DNA of 51,983 nucleotides from Bacilli bacterium (GTDB lineage Bacteria; Bacillota_I; Bacilli_A; RFN20; CAG-826): NCBI GenBank assembly GCA_045615545.1, contig JAZLFA010000041.1, positions 1 to 51,983 of the forward strand, read 5' to 3'. Shown piece by piece: positions 48,164 to 51,983 of this stretch (position 1 is its first letter; each line of letters starts with the position of its first letter). The notes under the pieces were generated by a model. It saw only the letters and a program-made list of their open reading frames with translations, ran no database searches and was not told where the DNA came from. The position numbers and the translations under genes were made by a program.

Positions 48164-49071
48164 TGAAAATTATTGATTTTGATTTAACAAATGTTCCAAA
48201 TAATCTTGAACCTATGAATTTGTGTTTAGGTTATTTTGATGGTATGCATTTAGGACATCAAAAGATAATTAGTGAAGCAAAGAAAAATGGTGGTCCTGTT
48301 GGTGTATTAACATTCAATACATCACCTCATATTTTTATTGGTAGAGACTCAAATAAACGTTGCCTTACCAGTGTCGATGAAAGAGCGTTTTATTCTGAGC
48401 TATATGGTCTTGATTATTTATTAGTAATGCCATTTGATGAAGAAATAATGGCTACATCAAGATTAGATTTTGTTAATAACGTTTTAAAAATATTAAAACC
48501 AAAATCAATTTACTGCGGTGAAGATTACCATTTTGGTAAAGATGCTTTAGGCACTCCAACTTTTTTAAGCCATTATTTTGAGACACATACAGTTAATTTG
48601 GTGCAGCTTAAAGATAAAAAGATTTCAAGTAGAACAATTAGAGAATTAATTGGTTTGGGTGATATTAAATCTGCAATTAAATTAATGGGCCACTATTATC
48701 GAATTGGTGGTTATGTTGTTTCTGGAGAAAGAAACGGAAGAACAATTGGATTTCCAACCGCAAACTTAGATTTAGATTTTCCATATGTAATGCCAAAAGA
48801 AGGCGTTTATATGGGCTTTGCCTATATTCGTGATGCACAATATCTGGCAATGATTTGTATAGGAACCCATCCTACTTTTGGTGCACTTCAAATTCCAATT
48901 GTAGAAGTTCATATTATTGACTACTCTGATAATTTATATGGTGATTATCTATTTATAGATATTGTTGACTTTATTAGAGAAATAAATGTTTATCAAAATG
49001 TTGATGATCTTGTAAAACAACTAGAAAAAGATAAACAAAAAACAATTAATTGTTTGCAACTTAGCAAATAA
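48157..49071 (+). CDS. ribF: Bifunctional riboflavin kinase / FAD synthetase (start may be ATG 48163)
   Basis: GYFDGMHLGHQ, ISSRTIR, GRTIGFPTAN, GVY, IG.HPTF, EVH. Confidence 0.95.
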   Translation: MVMKIIDFDLTNVPNNLEPMNLCLGYFDGMHLGHQKIISEAKKNGGPVGVLTFNTSPHIFIGRDSNKRCLTSVDERAFYSELYGLDYLLVMPFDEEIMATSRLDFVNNVLKILKPKSIYCGEDYHFGKDALGTPTFLSHYFETHTVNLVQLKDKKISSRTIRELIGLGDIKSAIKLMGHYYRIGGYVVSGERNGRTIGFPTANLDLDFPYVMPKEGVYMGFAYIRDAQYLAMICIGTHPTFGALQIPIVEVHIIDYSDNLYGDYLFIDIVDFIREINVYQNVDDLVKQLEKDKQKTINCLQLSK

Positions 49072-49082
49072 AAGCATATATT
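49054..49082 (+). promoter_or_regulatory. sigma-A promoter of rpsO
   Basis: TTGCAA-N17-TATATT. Confidence 0.7.
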
Positions 49083-49092
49083 GTTTAAGGCA

Positions 49093-49139
49093 GCTTAATC
49101 GTAGATTTACGAATCCCTAACGTATTTCCAGGACTAAGC
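49093..49139 (+). promoter_or_regulatory. Putative S15 autoregulatory leader (three-way junction)
   Basis: Closing stem GCTTA/TAAGC enclosing TCGTA-gatt-TACGA and a TCC/GGA stem, directly upstream of the rpsO SD. Confidence 0.55.
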
Positions 49140-49165
49140 CAAGTAAATGAAAGGGGAAAAAGACA

Positions 49166-49435
49166 ATGGCACTTTCTAAAGAAAGAAAAGCTGAATTAGT
49201 TAAGAAATTCGGTAAGAATGAAAAAGACACAGGTTCTGTTGAAGTTCAAATCGCATTATTAACTGAACAAATTAAAGCTTTAACTGAACACTTAAAGAAA
49301 AACCATAACGATGCGATGAGCAAACGTAGCTTACAAATCCTTGTCGGTCAAAGAAGAAGTTTATTAGACTATCTTATCAAAAATGATCGTGAAGGCTACT
49401 TCAAATTAATCGCTGAATTAGGATTAAGAAAATAA
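49166..49435 (+). CDS. rpsO: 30S ribosomal protein S15
   Basis: DTGSVEVQIALLT, HLK, LVGQRRSLLDYL, LGLRK. Confidence 0.98.
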   Translation: MALSKERKAELVKKFGKNEKDTGSVEVQIALLTEQIKALTEHLKKNHNDAMSKRSLQILVGQRRSLLDYLIKNDREGYFKLIAELGLRK

Positions 49436-49453
49436 GATAAAAAGTTCTAAATT

Positions 49454-49479
49454 AACCGCATGTGATGTGCGGTTTTTTT
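49454..49479 (+). terminator. Rho-independent terminator
   Basis: AACCGCA-tgtgatg-TGCGGTT plus T run. Confidence 0.8.
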
Positions 49480-49546
49480 ATTGTTTGCTTTTACTATGTA
49501 AGGTGGTAAAATAAGAGACGTTGAAATTTATAGAGGTAAAAGAAAA

Positions 49547-51754
49547 ATGAAACAAGTATTCGAATTAGAGTTCGAAGGAAAGAAGTTCGTTGCTGAAGTT
49601 GGTGAAATCGCTAAACAAGCTGATGGCGCTGTCTTCATGAGATTAAACGATACAGTCGTTCTTTCCACCGTTTGTGCTAGTGATTTACCAAAAGAAGGCG
49701 ATTTCTTCCCATTAACAGTTGGTTATGAAGAAAAACAATACGCTATCGGTAAAATTCCTGGTTCATTCTTAAGAAGAGAAGGTAGAGCAGGAGAACACGC
49801 TACCTTAACCGCAAGATTAATTGATCGTCCTATTAGACCAATGTTCTCTGAAGGATTCCGTAATGAAGTCCAAATTGTTAATACTGTTATGTCTGTTGAT
49901 CAAGATTGTTCACCAGAAATGACTGCTATGTTAGGATCTAGCTTAGCATTAGGTATTTCTGATATTCCATTTGATGGACCAATTGCTGGTGTTCAAGTTG
50001 GTAGAGTTAATGGTAAATTCATCATTAACCCAACTGTTGCTGAAAACGAAGCAAGCGATATTCATTTAACAGTTGCAGGTACTAGCGAAGCTATTAATAT
50101 GGTTGAAGCTGGCGCAAATCAAGTTAGTGAAGACGATATGCTTGATGCCATTATGTTTGGCCATGAAGCTATTAAAAAACTCTGCGCTTGGGAAAAAGAA
50201 ATTATTGCTCAAGTTGGCAAACCAAAAAGAGAAATTGAACTTTATCACTGTGATCCAGTTATTGAAAAAGATGTTACAGAAAGGGCTGAAGCTCGCTTAG
50301 TTAAAGCTATTTCTATCTTTGATAAACTCGAAAGACAAGATGCAATCGATGCCATCGAAAATGAAATTAAAGATGACTACGATTCACGTAAATATGAAAA
50401 CGAAGCAGAACATCAAAAAGTTATGCACATGGTCATCGAAACTCTCGAAGGCTTAGTTGCAAAAGAAGTTCGTCGTTTAATTACTGAAGAAAAGATTAGA
50501 CCAGATGGTCGTAAAGTTGATGAAATTCGTCCACTTGATGCCCAAGTTGATTTATTACCACGCGTTCATGGTTCCGCTATGTTCACCCGCGGACAAACAC
50601 AAGTTATTGCTGTTACAACTTTAGGTGCTAAGAGTGATGAACAAATTATTGATAATTTGACTGAAGAAGAAACTCGTCACTGGATGCATCATTACAACTT
50701 CCCACCATATTCAGTTGGTGAAGTTGGCAAGATGGGCTCTCCAGGAAGAAGAGAAATTGGTCATGGTAAGTTAGGTGAAAGAGCATTAAGTTATGTTATC
50801 CCTAGCGTAGAAGAATTCCCATACACAATTAGAACTGTTGCTGAAGTTTGTGAATCTAACGGTTCCTCATCTCAAGCTTCTATTTGTGCTTCATGTATGT
50901 CACTTATGGCTGCTGGTGTTCCACTTAAAGCTATGGTGAGTGGTATCGCAATGGGTTTAATCACAAGTGGTCCACTTGATGGAAAACATCCATATACAAT
51001 TCTTACTGATATCCAAGGTTTAGAAGATCACTTTGGTGATATGGACTTTAAAGTTGCTGGTACTGAAAATGGTGTTACAGCATTACAAATGGATATTAAA
51101 ATTAAAGGCGTTACAAGAGAAATCTTGAAAGAAGCTCTTGCTCAAGCTCATGGTGCGCGTGCTGAAATTAGAAAAGTTATGGCTAAAGCCATTGCAGAAC
51201 CAAGACCAGATGTTGGTAAATACGCCCCTAAGATGGATACATTCATGATTGATGTTGATAAGATTAGAGAAGTTATTGGTACTGGCGGTAAAGTCATTAA
51301 CGATATCATTGCTCAATGTGACAACGTTAAGATTGATATCGAAGATAATGGTCAAGTTACTATCTACCATATGGATAGAGAAACCATCAATAAGGCTAAA
51401 GGAATGATTTTAGATATCGTTAGAGAAGCTAAAGTTGGTGAAGAATTTGTTGGTGAAGTCACTAGAGTTGAAGACTATGGTGCATTCGTAAAACTCTTCG
51501 GTAATGTTGAAGGTTTATGTCACGTAAGTAGACTTGGTTGGGGCTTTGTTAATAGCGCTAGCGATGTCTGTAAAGTTGGCGACACCTTAAGAGTTAGAGT
51601 TATCGAAATTGATGAAAAAGGCAAAGTAAAAGTCAGTGCTAAAGAATTTATGGAAAAACCTGCTGATTTTGATCCAAATGCCGAACGTCCACGTATGGAA
51701 CATCAACATCGTCCAGATAATTCCTTCAAAGGACCAAGAAAATTCCGTAAATAA
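49547..51754 (+). CDS. pnp: Polyribonucleotide nucleotidyltransferase
   Basis: FFPLTV, RLIDRPIRP, HGSAMFTRGQTQ, ESNGSSS, GDMDFKVAGT, KH and S1 domains. Confidence 0.98.
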   Translation: MKQVFELEFEGKKFVAEVGEIAKQADGAVFMRLNDTVVLSTVCASDLPKEGDFFPLTVGYEEKQYAIGKIPGSFLRREGRAGEHATLTARLIDRPIRPMFSEGFRNEVQIVNTVMSVDQDCSPEMTAMLGSSLALGISDIPFDGPIAGVQVGRVNGKFIINPTVAENEASDIHLTVAGTSEAINMVEAGANQVSEDDMLDAIMFGHEAIKKLCAWEKEIIAQVGKPKREIELYHCDPVIEKDVTERAEARLVKAISIFDKLERQDAIDAIENEIKDDYDSRKYENEAEHQKVMHMVIETLEGLVAKEVRRLITEEKIRPDGRKVDEIRPLDAQVDLLPRVHGSAMFTRGQTQVIAVTTLGAKSDEQIIDNLTEEETRHWMHHYNFPPYSVGEVGKMGSPGRREIGHGKLGERALSYVIPSVEEFPYTIRTVAEVCESNGSSSQASICASCMSLMAAGVPLKAMVSGIAMGLITSGPLDGKHPYTILTDIQGLEDHFGDMDFKVAGTENGVTALQMDIKIKGVTREILKEALAQAHGARAEIRKVMAKAIAEPRPDVGKYAPKMDTFMIDVDKIREVIGTGGKVINDIIAQCDNVKIDIEDNGQVTIYHMDRETINKAKGMILDIVREAKVGEEFVGEVTRVEDYGAFVKLFGNVEGLCHVSRLGWGFVNSASDVCKVGDTLRVRVIEIDEKGKVKVSAKEFMEKPADFDPNAERPRMEHQHRPDNSFKGPRKFRK

Positions 51755-51769
51755 TAACGAAATTAAATC

Positions 51770-51804
51770 AATAGGCTTTCGGTTAATCGTAAGCCTATTT
51801 TTTT
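51770..51804 (+). terminator. Rho-independent terminator
   Basis: AATAGGCTT...AAGCCTATT plus T run. Confidence 0.8.
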
Positions 51805-51862
51805 ATGTTTTTATTTTTAAATAAGTAATATAATAAATATGTATCTGTATAGCAAATGAGTT

Positions 51863-51895
51863 AATCTAATCACATACTGGTTAGATTTTCTTTTT
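51863..51895 (+). terminator. Terminator-like hairpin of a candidate short transcript
   Basis: AATCTAATCA-catac-TGGTTAGATT-TTCTTTTT, about 30 nt downstream of TATAAT at 51829. Confidence 0.55.
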
Positions 51896-51983
51896 ATCTA
51901 ATCAAGTATAATTAATTCATGCCGTTATCCTGCACAATAAAAATACAGTTTTGAACTGTCAGACTTCATGCTCAGGCATACGG

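Noticed and set aside
541-51824. Numerous short antisense or alternate-frame ORFs (e.g. 18657-19220, 30609-31025, 44339-44719, 7304-7642)
   Set aside because: They lie inside or opposite well-supported genes and lack SDs and motifs; they are typical shadow ORFs.

Overview
Chromosomal window from a low-GC, AT-rich Bacilli-type genome. Gene content and style resemble uncultured gut Bacilli, Erysipelotrichales or Mollicutes relatives; this is inference only. It holds 42 clear CDSs and three tRNAs (Asp-GTC, Phe-GAA, Thr-GGT), with no mobile element or CRISPR array. Contents: several ABC systems, efp next to an SDR reductase and a YnbB-family PLP enzyme, pepO, a ZIP transporter, a GT2/acyltransferase pair, rubrerythrin, cls, rimO, malQ, two large modular lipoproteins, and the rimP-nusA-ylxR-infB-rbfA / truB-ribF-rpsO-pnp cluster. 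The strongest leads are: (1) efp physically linked to YmfI-like and YnbB-like genes, a candidate compact EF-P Lys-modification locus; (2) an unannotated type I toxin-antitoxin-like locus at about 21.15-21.42 kb, with a 24-32 aa hydrophobic peptide and a convergent small RNA; (3) no TGA among the 42 stop codons, and no TGA used as a sense codon; (4) compensated changes at near-invariant T-arm positions in two tRNAs; (5) TtcA-GNAT and IspD-HAD fusions; (6) frequent apparently leaderless first genes. All calls come from reading motifs by eye; no database searches were run.
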